Assembly (NCBI RefSeq): GCF_030684315.1
Contig: NC_081397.1
Coordinates: 10,316,421-10,380,420 of the forward strand
DNA: 64,000 nucleotides
Direction of reading: 5' to 3'
From: Stegostoma tigrinum
Lineage: Eukaryota
Shown here: positions 26,966 through 39,009 of the stretch, piece after piece
Position numbering within the stretch: position 1 is the stretch's first letter
Layout of the letters: every line of letters begins with the position of its first letter
Program-made: the position numbers and the translations under genes
Notes under the pieces: generated by a model
The model's database searches: none
Seen by the model: the letters and a program-made list of their open reading frames with translations, nothing else
Told to the model about the DNA's origin: nothing

Positions 26966-27392
26966 TGTGTTTGTGTGTCCGCTCATATCATGATATTTCC
27001 CAGTCTGTCTTGAGCAAATTAAAAAGATTTTCGATTCAACTTATCCCCCTGCTCCCTCACTAAACCCCAAAGCTAGAATTCAAGGCAACGTGTTTGTTGC
27101 TTTCTAGATTTCAGCCCAAAAGTGATGATAATGCCAGCGCTCAGCTCAGAGAGAGCGATCAGTGCAGCAGCAAAATGCGTTTAACTCGACAACGGAGCCG
27201 TCAATTCGAGAGAAAACGCTTCGGCCGCAAACCTTCCCGAGTCAGGGTCAGGAACGATCGAGCCTGGCTCTCTGGAGATGCGGAATTGCAGAGGAATTGG
27301 AGAGTTTCTGCCGAGAGAGAAACACAGACAGGCAGCAGGAGCAGGGAGCTGAGGGCAGGTTGTCTCCGCGCCGTCCGCTCGCTGCCTTTAAG
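26966..27392 (+). promoter_or_regulatory. H1 promoter: TG box, AC (H1) box, GC-rich element, TATA-like
   Basis: TGTGTTT 26966-26972; inverted CCAAT 27296-27300; AAACACA 27320-27326; GAGGGCAGG at about 27350; TTTAAG 27387-27392. Confidence 0.7.
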
Positions 27393-27472
27393 TTGCTCAG
27401 TGCCGCCACCAGCAGCTTCATTGCTGACCCAGTTCAGTTTGACAGAGAGAGATTCAGCGCAGAGTTCCCGAC

Positions 27473-28096
27473 ATGAGCGACAGTGCAGCCGCCGAAACCG
27501 CTCCTCCAGCCTCCGCCAGCACCAAACCCAAGTCTCCCAAGAAGAAGAAGGCGACAGCTCCCAGGAAGAAACCAGCCGGTCCCGGGTTGGGCGAGCGGAT
27601 TGTGAAGATTGTCGGGGAGAACAGCGATCGGAAGGGAACGTCTCTGGTCGCTATAAAGAAGGCGCTGCAGAGAAGCGGGGTCAATGTGGAGAAGCAAAAT
27701 GCACAGATCAGGATGGCTGCCAAGAGGTGCCTGGCGAAAGGCTCCCTGGTTCTGGTGAAGGGCCAGGGCGTCTCCGGCTCCTTCAAACTCGCAAAGAATC
27801 CAGTCAAGACAAAAGTGGGAAAGAAGGCGAGACCAGCAGCAGCCGCCAAGAAAGCAGCCGTGAAGAAAACAACGAGCAAGAAGGTGGCAGCGAAGAAAGC
27901 GACAGGCAAGAAAGCGGGCGGCAAGAAGGCAGCAACGCCGAAGAAACCGGCGAAGAAAGCAACGCCGAAGAAAAAGACTCCCGTGAAGAAAGTGAAAAAG
28001 ACCAAGAGCCCCAAGGCCGCAAAGCCGGCCCCGAAATCGGCGAAGGCAAAGGCCAAGCCCAAAGCGAAAGTGACCAAGAAAGCAGCAAAGAAATGA
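27473..28096 (+). CDS. H1: Linker histone H1 (divergent, replication-dependent type), 207 aa
   Basis: Winged-helix globular domain (GTSLVAIKKAL...GSLVLVKGQGVSGSFKL), Lys/Ala/Pro-rich tail with S/TPKK motifs, no intron, followed by a histone stem-loop. Confidence 0.97.
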   Translation: MSDSAAAETAPPASASTKPKSPKKKKATAPRKKPAGPGLGERIVKIVGENSDRKGTSLVAIKKALQRSGVNVEKQNAQIRMAAKRCLAKGSLVLVKGQGVSGSFKLAKNPVKTKVGKKARPAAAAKKAAVKKTTSKKVAAKKATGKKAGGKKAATPKKPAKKATPKKKTPVKKVKKTKSPKAAKPAPKSAKAKAKPKAKVTKKAAKK

Positions 28097-28132
28097 TGCA
28101 GTCGGTGTAACATGTAACAACCTGAACCCAAA

Positions 28133-28172
28133 GGCTCTTCTCAGAGCCACCACATCTTTCAGGAGAGAGCTG
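28133..28172 (+). terminator. Histone 3' stem-loop and downstream element of H1
   Basis: CCAAA-GGCTCT-TCTC-AGAGCC-ACCAC (hairpin 28133-28148), then purine-rich GGAGAGAGCTG at about 28162-28172. Confidence 0.95.
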
Positions 28173-29179
28173 AGCCCGGATCAAATGATCCCTGTCCTAG
28201 CTCCGAGTGCAGGAATAATTTAGACACTGATTTATGTGAATAACCGTTCCGTATTTACCTATCGGATTTACACTCAGCCCCTCTTCCATACTCTACAATA
28301 TGTGAGTGTGAGGTCCTGCTCACATAGACCATAGGCTCTAGTGCTTTGTCAGTTCATGTCAGTCTGCTTGTCACACATGCAGGGAGAGAGTCTCAAAGAG
28401 TCAAACACAGGCTCTGAAACCCCTCTTCACCACACAATCCTCAAGAAATGATTTTGTCTCATTCAGCTGGGGGAATAGAAACTGACGTAGAAATGGAAGA
28501 AACCGTGTTGTCTTGTTAAGAAAGGCCTGATCATGGGCGTTTAATTGTATCACAACTGCTTTGAAAAAAAGTCCCTGTTTTTATCTGCTTCGAACATGAA
28601 GCTCGAGATCGCAGTTCTTTTGCCGAAAATTGTGTTCACTGCATTGTGGAGAATAGTTTTATTTACAGATCCAGTTGGGGGCTGGAGTTAGCATATATTG
28701 CTGTATTTGTATTTCATTAACCGTTACAGGAATGATATTTCTTTCAGTTTTGATTCTGGGACAACTGTGAAAGTTTTAATTTACTTTCCATCAGCCTGTT
28801 GCAGGAAGCAACGCCAAATTATCTTGGGACTAATTATAACCTAGGCGAAAGGTAGAAATGCCGCTAAATTGAGTTTGTGTAACTTTATTCGTTACACTGT
28901 GTTGCACCATATTAGCTTTTAAAATGCTTTATTCGGCGGTATTTAGATGCATTAACGGCAGTTATACGTTCCGTTCATCATGTTTGTCCGGCTGTATTAC
29001 ACGCCCTCCCCCTTTCCTCACGCCTGTTACAGACAGATGAGGCAGTCCTGTCGTCCTGTCTCCGCTGATGTAGAGTTTATTCAAAAAACTTAGTTTGCAA
29101 AGTACACGATTTGATCGGAGGCGGACTTTATTATCCTTTTAAATATTTACTTTAAACTCAGGATCGCGAGGGTAAAATC

Positions 29180-29345
29180 GGCGGGCTTTTTGAAAGAGGC
29201 CAACTGTCATTTCAAGTTAACCAATCAGCCTCCAAAAAATATTATTCGGCCTTTTCTGTCCCTTCCGGAGCTGTTTCTCAGGGGATTGAGGGACGGGACT
29301 GTATCCAATCCCAGCTCTAGGGCGGGCTCTCCATTCCCTTAAATA
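29180..29345 (+). promoter_or_regulatory. H3 promoter: CDE/CHR-like element, two CCAAT boxes, TATA-like
   Basis: GGCGG-gctt-TTTGAA 29180-29194; CCAAT 29221-29225 and 29305-29309; GGGCGGG at about 29320; TTAAATA 29339-29345. Confidence 0.75.
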
Positions 29346-29373
29346 GGCAGCGCAGCAGCGGCGTCGGCATTGA

Positions 29374-29814
<441 letters not shown>

Positions 29815-29858
29815 ACGGAGCGTGCCCGGCCCTGCACATTCACCCCGAGAAACGCAAC

Positions 29859-29897
29859 GGCTCTTTTCAGAGCCACTAAACTGTCCCGAGAGAGCAG
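29859..29897 (+). terminator. Histone 3' stem-loop and HDE of H3
   Basis: GGCTCT-TTTC-AGAGCC 29859-29874, then GAGAGAGCAG about 13 nt downstream. Confidence 0.95.
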
Positions 29898-30317
29898 CAA
29901 TCGATTGGCAATGTTGGTTACTTTATTATGCGCCCAGTTTTTTTCTGCTGTTGTATTGTGTCGTTTCGTCTGTTATTAAACAATTTCAATCTGGCCGAGA
30001 AGTGGATTTGTCACGTTAATTAGAAGACAAAACGGACATTGCTGTGGGGAAGATATAAATTGATGGCAGTACATAATTGAAGCCTCCCAGTGTGCTGGAG
30101 ATTTGAGTGACAGGAAAGCACCTCCCTGCCTATGCATCCCTTGGTGTTACCCCACTCGAACTGAACACGGCTGGGAAGTTGGGCGGGAGAAATAATTGGC
30201 GCCAAATCATCAACCGCTTTTATTTCAAATCTGAAAAGCCCGCCAATATGTAGGGGGTTCAGACCAGACATCACACTTTCCCTCAGGCCCCAGCCTGTTT
30301 CGGTTGATGCTTGTCGC

Positions 30318-30550
30318 AGCAAAACCAGAAGTTGCTGAAACAGCTCAGCAGGTCTGGCAACATCTCTGAAGAAGAAAAAAAATCAGAGCTAAGTTTTCGG
30401 GTCCCGTGAGCTTTCCTCAGAACTGCAAGGGTGGCCGGAGCTGAAACGTCAACTCTGGATTTTATTTTCTTCACGACTGCCAGACCTGTTGAGCTTTTTC
30501 AGCTACTTCTGGTCTTGTTCCTGATTTATAGCATCAGCTGTTCTTTCCAT
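30318..30550. mobile_element. Fold-back mini-element (second pLTR family)
   Basis: Arms CTCAGCAGGTCTGGCA / TGCCAGACCTGTTGAG; related copies at about 4125-4227, 37888-38072, 52262-52490 and 61870-62010. Confidence 0.75.
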
Positions 30551-30639
30551 GTTCTTCGGAGGATCGATCAGGCTCGAAAGGCCATTTCCTGCTGTGTCGA
30601 GATTCCACGAAAGTTCATCCCTGTCAATGTATCAATGGG

Positions 30640-31740
30640 GCACCAATGGAGAATGAGTTGCTGTTCCTGAAACCTATGGGTGACATCACTATGGCATTGC
30701 AGGAGGCCCAGGTTGGACATGTCGTCTGAGGAATGGGAGTGGGAGTTAAAATAGTTCATGAGTGGGAGGTGAACTCTGACACTTCCACCATCTACAATCC
30801 GACCCCACCACAAGACATTTTTTCCATCCCCACTCTGATCTACCTTTCGGAGAGACCACTCTGTCTGCGACTCCCTTGTCCACTCCACACTCCCCTCCAC
30901 CCCCACCACACCTGGCACTTTCACCTGCCACTGCAGGAAGTGCTCCACTTGCCCCCCACCCCTCCTCCCTCAACTACATCCCAGGCCCCAAGATGATCCA
31001 CATCTAGCAGATGTTCACCTGCACATCTGCCAATGTGTTATTCTGTATCCACTGTACCCGTTGTGGCTCCCTCTACATTGGGGAAACCAAGTGGAGGCTT
31101 AGGGACAGCTTTGCAGAACACCTACACTCGGTTTGCTATAAACAACTGCACCTCCCAGTCGTGAACCATTTTAACTCACCCTCCCACTTCTTAGGCAAAT
31201 GTCCCTCCTGGGCCTCCTGCAGTGCAATAATGATGCCACTCGAAGGTTGCAGGAACAGCAACTCATGTTCCACTTGGGAACCCTGCAGCCTAGTGCTATC
31301 GATTTCACCAGCTTCAAAATCTCCCCTCTCCCCACTGCATCCCAAAACCAGCCCAGCTCGCCCCCACCCTGTCTCCCTAACCCTTTCTTCCTCTCACCTA
31401 TCCCCTCCTCCCACCCACATCTCCATTTCTTACCTACTGACCTTATCTCCCCCCCTTGACCTGTCCATCCTCCCCAGGCTGATCTATCCCCTCTCTAACT
31501 CCTCACCTATACTTGCTACTCCACCTATCTTCTCCTTCATCCATCTTCAGTCTGCCTCCCACTCTCTCCCTATTTATTTCAGAATTGCCTCCCCAGCCCC
31601 CATTTTCTGATGAAGGGGCTAGGCCCAAAACATCAGCTTTTGTGCTCCTAAGATGCTGCTTGGCCTGCTGTGTTCATCCAGCCCCACACTTTGTTATCTC
31701 AGATTCTCCAGCATCTGCAGTTCCCATTTTCTCTGACTGA
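30640..31740 (+). mobile_element. Penelope-like element 3' part with inverted 5' partial repeat
   Basis: FCIHCTRCGSLYIGETKWRLRDSFAEHL; pLTR 31600-31735; inverted segment 30640-30775. Confidence 0.88.
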
Positions 31741-32714
31741 AATAGATGGTAATTGCTTTGTTTGCCAGGGGTGAAGCACATGATCCATACCCCACTAAGG
31801 CTTGTCACCCTGGAAATGGAGTCAAAAAAAGCAACTTGAGCAAATGGAAGTGGCTGAACAATGAGTTACTGGAGTTTATTATGTTCTCTCTCCCTTTTAG
31901 GTGTGACTCCACACTCCCATCACTGATATTGACTTATATATCATGGCTCTATGGCAATTACAGGTGGTTTAGCCGAGCCAGTGATGCTCATAATCTGATG
32001 AACAAATTCAAACCGCTTTAACCTCTGTATTTATAATAAATGTAACATGCATGCAGGCTTCAGGGCTTTGATGATTAGGGTTGAATATGTTTCTAGTGCT
32101 GACACCTGCTCACAAGCTACTGGAGGCATGAGGGGTTGACAGTAAATATGCCAGTTTCCCACATTTTGAACAAATGGGTGAAGGTAAATTCAGCAATGTG
32201 TCTTGTTTTTAAGGACGTGCTCTTTTCATATAATTGAGGCAGAGACAGATGTTCAACGTGAAATGATTGCCTTTTAAAACTGCTTGGAAAGAATGTGTGA
32301 ATTGACAATATCTTGGCCACACACCTTCTCTTCACAAAAAGAAAAATCAGTTGTGAAACTGGAACCTGATCAGAAGTTGCCGTTTTTGTTTTTATTTCAT
32401 GATATTTGAACACGTACAATTTAGCTGCATTAACCACCACTGAACTGAAACCTCCAACTGGCCCATTATCACATTATCACATCTTGTACAAAACTTCTTT
32501 CAGGGGGCACTGGGGTGGCTTTTTCAGCCTTTTGAAAATAAGGTTGTATCTTGTTTAACTTCTGTTTCAACATTTGTTGCTGATGGTATCCTTCGGAAAA
32601 TTTGGCCAGTATATTGAGAACAGTAGTTGGGAGGACAAGTTGCAGCTTTACAGGACATGGATTAGAACACTTGGAATAATGCATTCAATTCTGGTCTCTC
32701 TGCTACAGGAATTT

Positions 32715-34620
32715 AGTTAGATTTATTGTGACATGTTCCTAAATAGTGAATGGTTTTGTTGGCGAGCAGTATAGCCAGATCATAGTCAGTAAGCACATAC
32801 AGGTCATAATGTGAAAAATGGAAATGATAAGGCATACAAGTTACACTCCACAGGATGTATGCAGGCAAGATCAACACTTTTGAAATTTAAGATTCCATTC
32901 GTCAGTCTGACAATGACAGGGAAGAATCTGTTCTTGAACCTGCTGGTGTGGGTGTTCGAGCTTCTGTATCTTCTGCCTGATGCAAGAGGTTGTAGGAGGG
33001 CACCACTGGGGTTGGATGGATTTTGATGTCTCAGGCTTTGCACAGCAATGAGAGCCCATGGTTGGGAAGTTGGGTGCCGTGACGGTGTGGGGTGTGAACA
33101 CAACCTTCCATAGTTGCTCGTGGAACAGTACAGAGCAGGTTCCATATCAGGCCTTGATGAACCCAGACAGTATGCTTTCTATGGTGCATGAGTAACATGC
33201 CAAATACATGAGCAGCCTCAGGAAGACGAGGCCTTTTTGTGCCTTCATTACCATTGCATCTATGTGGGAAGTCCCATGAAGGTTGTTGGTTATTGTAACT
33301 CTTGGGAAATTGACACTCTCAGCACCCTGCTCTGTTGATGGACCTGAGGGTGTGTTCTGCTCTTTTCCTTCTGAAACCAATTATAAGTTCTTTTGTTTTG
33401 TGACCATTCAGTTTTCTTTTTATAATTGCACCACGTCACCAAACCCTCCATCTCCTTCCTGTCATCTGAATCATCATTATTTATTATCCATCCCATCATC
33501 GTGTTGTCAACAGCAAACTTATAGGTGGCATTCATTCAGAATTTGACAACAATAGTGAGTATACAAGGAGTACAGTAGGGACCTGAGAATGCATTCTTGA
33601 GGGTTGCAGTGTTTGAATGTCCTCGCAGAGGAGATTCAGTTGCCTATCTTCTTGATTTGTGGTCTGTGTTTCAGGAAGCTGAGGAGTCAGTTGCACAGGG
33701 AGGAGCCAAGCCTGAGGTGTTAGTTTTGAGTTCCGTCTTGCAGGGATAATGGTGTTGAAGACTGAGCTGTAGTTGATGAGCAGAAGCCTGATTGTAGGTG
33801 GCCTTGTTGCCCAGATGTTCCAGGGATGATTGCAGGGCTGGGAAAAGGGCATCTGCTGTGGGCCTGTTGCATTAGTGGGAAAATTGCAAGGGATTGAGGC
33901 AGGCTGAAAGTCGAGAGTTCAAGTGGGCCATGACCAACATCTCTGAGCACTTCATGATTTTGGATGCCAGAGCCACTGGGCAGTACAGATGAAGTCATAT
34001 TGCATGTAGATTTTAGGACTGGGATAATGGTGGTCTTCTCAAGCAGGTGCAGAGTACAGCTTGTCAGAGGGAGACAAAGATGTCAGAGAGTACCTCCCCA
34101 CAGGAATTACATGCACAGTTGGTGCTTCAGTCCAGGTCTGTTACTTTCCTTGGGTGTTCTCACCAGGAAGACGGATCTGACAACTGCAGTGACCGATAGA
34201 ACAGGTGCGTTGAGGCCTGGCGGGGCAGTGGACACCACGCTGCTGGCATTCTGTGTCAACCAAGCATAGACAGCATCAGGGTGGGAACTGTCTTTGTCCA
34301 CGATCTTGCTTTGCTCAGTTTGGTTGGTTGGGGCCACTAAACTGTTCCAGTCCTGCCCCTTGGTATCTTTGATGGATTTGCTGAAGCCTTCTCCGCTGAA
34401 TTTTCTGAAACAGCCCTGGTCGTCCCCTTTTGATGCTGCACTCCTGGTCTGCTGTAGGGAATGGATTAGACAGTTCATCCAAGGTTTCAAGATGATGAAC
34501 AGCCAGATTGACGAGAAGCTTTTGTTTTTAACTTTAAGCTTAAACATTCATAAAAGATTTGTAAGGGGCTCAGCTTCAGGGAGAAGCTGTACAGGCCAGG
34601 GCTACTTCTCCCAGGATAAA
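32715..34620 (-). mobile_element. Rex1/Babar-type non-LTR retrotransposon, decayed
   Basis: LASGRRYRS...TSRFKNRFFP, YSCTIESILSG and RLLLINYSSVFNTIIP are Rex1-type RT and C-terminal motifs. Confidence 0.82.
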
Positions 34621-34629
34621 AGGTAGGCT

Positions 34630-34850
34630 GGTGGGTGGCCTTCGTGTCTTTGAGGATTTCCTCTAGGTGCTCTGGTTTCCTCCATAGTCCAAAGATGTGC
34701 ACTTTATGTGGCATGGCTATGCTATGGGCCCAGTGTGTCCAGAGAAAAACAGAGTGACAGGGATATGGAAGGGCACTTTGTGAGAGATGCTCTTCAGAGG
34801 GTCAGTCGGGCCTCGATGGGCCGAATGGCCTGCTTCCACACTGTGAGGAC
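34630..34850 (+). mobile_element. HE1-like V-SINE, 5'-truncated
   Basis: V-domain GGTGCTCTGGTTTCCTCC..AGTCCAAAGATGTGCA and CR1-derived tail GATGGGCCGAATGGCCTGCTTCCACACTG. Confidence 0.8.
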
Positions 34851-35295
34851 TCGATAATATCAAAGGCAGGAAAATGAGCTGCACCTGAGATTAATGCGCA
34901 GAGGGTCAGCGGCCGTTCATTATCAGAAGCAAATGACCCTGCAACGTGCTGTCCCGGGTCACTTTCGCTTTCTCTAATGCGATGAAGGGAGATGTGAAAT
35001 TGGCAGTGAACAACAAGCAGTGGGACTGGAAAACGTATTTGCAAAACGATTATTCTGTTCTCCAATTATGTCATACATTGTAATTTATAATAAGCTCATC
35101 ATAACTTCTTCCTGATCATCGGCTGCCAGCTCTGAATGGAAATATTACCGAAATCAGGAGCAGCAGGATGGATTTCATTTTCTATCGAACTGTGACAACT
35201 ACAGGATCAATGAATGATGTGATTGAAATTTGACGTTGCGAAGTTCCAGGCTCTGTATATTTAAAATTAAATCAATCGAACAAAAACGAGGTCTG

Positions 35296-35336
35296 AGACT
35301 CTTTCACTGATGTTGTGGGTGGCTCTTAAAAGAGCC
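35296..35336 (-). terminator. Histone 3' stem-loop and HDE of H2A
   Basis: Minus strand CCAAA-GGCTCT-TTTA-AGAGCC-ACCCA (hairpin 35321-35336), then GTGAAAGAGTC. Confidence 0.95.
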
Positions 35337-35366
35337 TTTGGATTGTCAAGTTACAGAACGGTCTCT

Positions 35367-36014
<648 letters not shown>

Positions 36015-36569
36015 TTAACGAAAACTCGGACGTTGAACAGAACAGAATGCGCGAATACATTTACTTTTAGATTATGAATGTATATTTGACTTCATCTCCC
36101 TTTCCCGCATTCCCGAACCGAGTGGAATGTCCATTTCTGACCTTGAATCGGATTTTCAAAAACTTAAATGCAAGCGGCAAAAAGGGGCCGAAATCTGCAC
36201 TCTGCACCTGAATATTCATTTCACATTTCAAAAACACCTCGATATGTTAATAAACCAAACGATAACTTTTTTTTCCCTGAAAGAGAGCATTAATCGTGCG
36301 CACCATCTTTAGACACTATTTTAAATTGCCTGTTCCGTCAAGACCCTTTACTTTTTGTTTCCTCGAAAGGTTTGACGTCCTTCTTCAAATCTCCAATATA
36401 TCGAGGCCCAAACTATTCGTACATTCCTCAGACACCTGCCAGCGTGTCTTGGTATCAGTTTTACTCGGATTACCTTGGTCACAGACGAGTGCTGACGTGC
36501 TGTGACCAGTGCTTTTTGCTTTCTGTTGATTTGACAAATTTTACTCTCTCTCCCACTTCGGCTCTCCAA

Positions 36570-37420
36570 TCAGTGTCACTATCAGTTTCTGCTGCAAGAT
36601 ATGAGTGTAGTTATCCATGTAGCCTGTCAATTTCTGCAATGTCAATATGTCTGTTTAGTTATCCATTTATATTTCTCATTTTCTGCTCCGTGAGAGTGTG
36701 TGTGTGAGAGTGTGTATGTGTGTAGTTACCAATACATAGGTGTCAGATACTGCACTGTTGATATGCATATAGTTATCAAAGTGTACCTGTCAGTTCAAGC
36801 TGTATGACATTGGGAGGGTTATTACCAAGCTGTTCCTGTCCATTTCTGCTTCATGGATACGTGAAGTTCATGATCAGTACGTACCTATGAGAATCTGCTT
36901 GTGAAAATTGGAGTGTAGTTACATTGAACATTACAGCACAGTACAGGCCCTTCAGCCCTCAATAGTATGCCAACCTGTCATACCGATCTGAAGTCTATCT
37001 AACCTACACTATTCCATGTATGTCCACATGCTAATCCAATGACAACTTAAATGTACCTAAAGTTGGTGAATCTACTGCCATTATCACACTGCACCTAAAA
37101 AAAACTGTTAAGTCTGTGGATATTTAAATGCATTTATAAAATTGGACCTGTGAAGTTATGCTGTGAAACTGGAGTGTTAGCAACAGAGAAGAACGGATTG
37201 TTGATATGCTGTGGATATATAAGCGTAGTTATCATTTGGGTACATGTAGTTTGATATGTGAGCATAAATATTAATTTGTACATATCATTTTTCAAATGTG
37301 AATTTGAGAATGGTATAGCAAACTTTTTTTCCATATATGAGAGAGTGTCAACCTGTTTTTTGCCTGTTTCTACAGGGTGAATGATTGAGCAGAGGAATCA
37401 ACACATGCTTGTCAGTTTCT
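36570..37420 (+). repeat. 49-bp minisatellite array, interrupted by a CR1 3' end (about 36922-37080, -)
   Basis: GTTATCAAAGTGTACCTGTCAG units; the CR1 tail matches 12250-12405 in reverse. Confidence 0.8.
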
Positions 37421-37609
37421 ATTTGACAACACGGCTGAACTTTGGCAGCCAGTAATATTCTCTGTGACGATGCAATTTGTTATGTGGTAGCTGTTATCAG
37501 AGTCATTTAATGCAGATTATATTCAGTTTGAGTGTGTATTTTGGACAAGTATTCAGTCTGTCCATCTTCAAAAACGGTGTAAATGTCAATGGGCTGTGAA
37601 TGCAGAAAT

Positions 37610-38479
37610 GTGATGTTGTTGACTTGGTCAGTGAGCTGTCATGTTTTTGTTCGGACGTTTTGCCACCATGCTAGGTGACATCATCAGTGGAGCCTCTGCT
37701 GATGCAATGTGATTCTCCTCTGCTTGGAATTTGCACTGTCAGGTCTGTTATGCTGAGTACTGTCATTTCAGTTTTGATCTATATGGGTTTATACATGGGG
37801 TCCAATTCTATGTTTGTGTGGAGAACAATGTCTCTAGGAATTCCTTAACATGTCTATGTTTGGCTTAGGCTGCTATGGTTATCTTACACAACAAAAATAA
37901 AAGGTGCTGGAAAAAGCTCAGGTCAGGCAGCATCGGTGAAGGGAAAAACAGAGAGTTAGCCTTGCGGGTCCAGTAACCTTTCCTCAGAACCAGTTACTGC
38001 TGAGCTGCAGAGCTTGTCCAGCAAGTCTGTCTTTTGTTCCTGATTTACAGCATCCACAGTTCTTTCTTTTTAATATGGTAACTTTGCCCCATTTCAACTG
38101 ATGGCCTTGGTTGTCTGAATGTATCACATATTCAGACAATAAAGGCCATCAGGTTAACATGGGACAAAGTAACCATGGTAGCCCAAGCCAAACACAGACA
38201 CACAGCAATTCCGAGAGGCATGGTTTTCCATGCATACTTCAATCAACAAGATTATAGAATCGGACCCCAAAAATGAAAACTCAGACAGATCAAAACCAGA
38301 AGTGATAGTAGTCACCATAATGGACCATACAGTATAAATTCCACAGGGCGTGGAATAACATTGACTCATTGGAGGCTCCACTGATGATACCACTGAGCAT
38401 GGTGATGAAATATATGAAGAAAAGCAAGCCAGCTCAACATTATCCGCTATCCGAGCTGCAGATCTCGCAAAACACTTGA
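37610..38479. mobile_element. Fold-back Penelope-like element (second lineage) with a nested mini-element at about 37888-38072
   Basis: Inverted arms centred near 38123 (TGTCTGAAT...ATTCAGACA); flanked by AATGC(A/T)GAAAT at 37599-37609 and 38480-38490. Confidence 0.75.
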
Positions 38480-39009
38480 AATGCTGAAATTTGTTCGAAC
38501 TGGGCAGGTGTGCATTGTGAATGGTGGAAAAAAACAAAACTTCTATTTCCTCTGTGTTGTTGGAACAAATCTCACTGGAAATTGACCTCAATGTGTGTCT
38601 GACTCAATCTGGTCTGTGACTGTGGAAAGGATGCTCTCTGCTCTGACAGCGGTAACATACCTTCCGTTTGTTAGAAGCAGCTGGTCACACTTGGCTTTGT
38701 GCCGAGGGAATATTACTTTCTCTTAGTCCCTCACGTATTTGCCTGGAGGAAGACAGAAGAAAACCCTCCTGCAAGTCAACATCAGCCAAGTTCAGTGATA
38801 TTTCATTATTGGATGCAATGTTCAGTTAATAATCATTACAATATTTAATTTCAAGCCAGGAATCTGAACAGAATTAGGTGTTTGATTCCACTCTTGATCT
38901 GAGCTGCTTCTTTGTCTTGTGATTTTTCTTTTTGTTAATTCCATCCCAATTGAGTGAAGTCCAGAAACAAACTAAGTGTCCAGATCCATGAATGGGACTA
39001 CACAATGTG

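Noticed and set aside
27094-28184. Long overlapping ORFs around H1 (338 aa alternative frame; 225-239 aa antisense), likewise at 47275-48124
   Set aside because: Shadow frames caused by Lys/Ala codon bias. The upstream extension is broken by an indel in the paralog.
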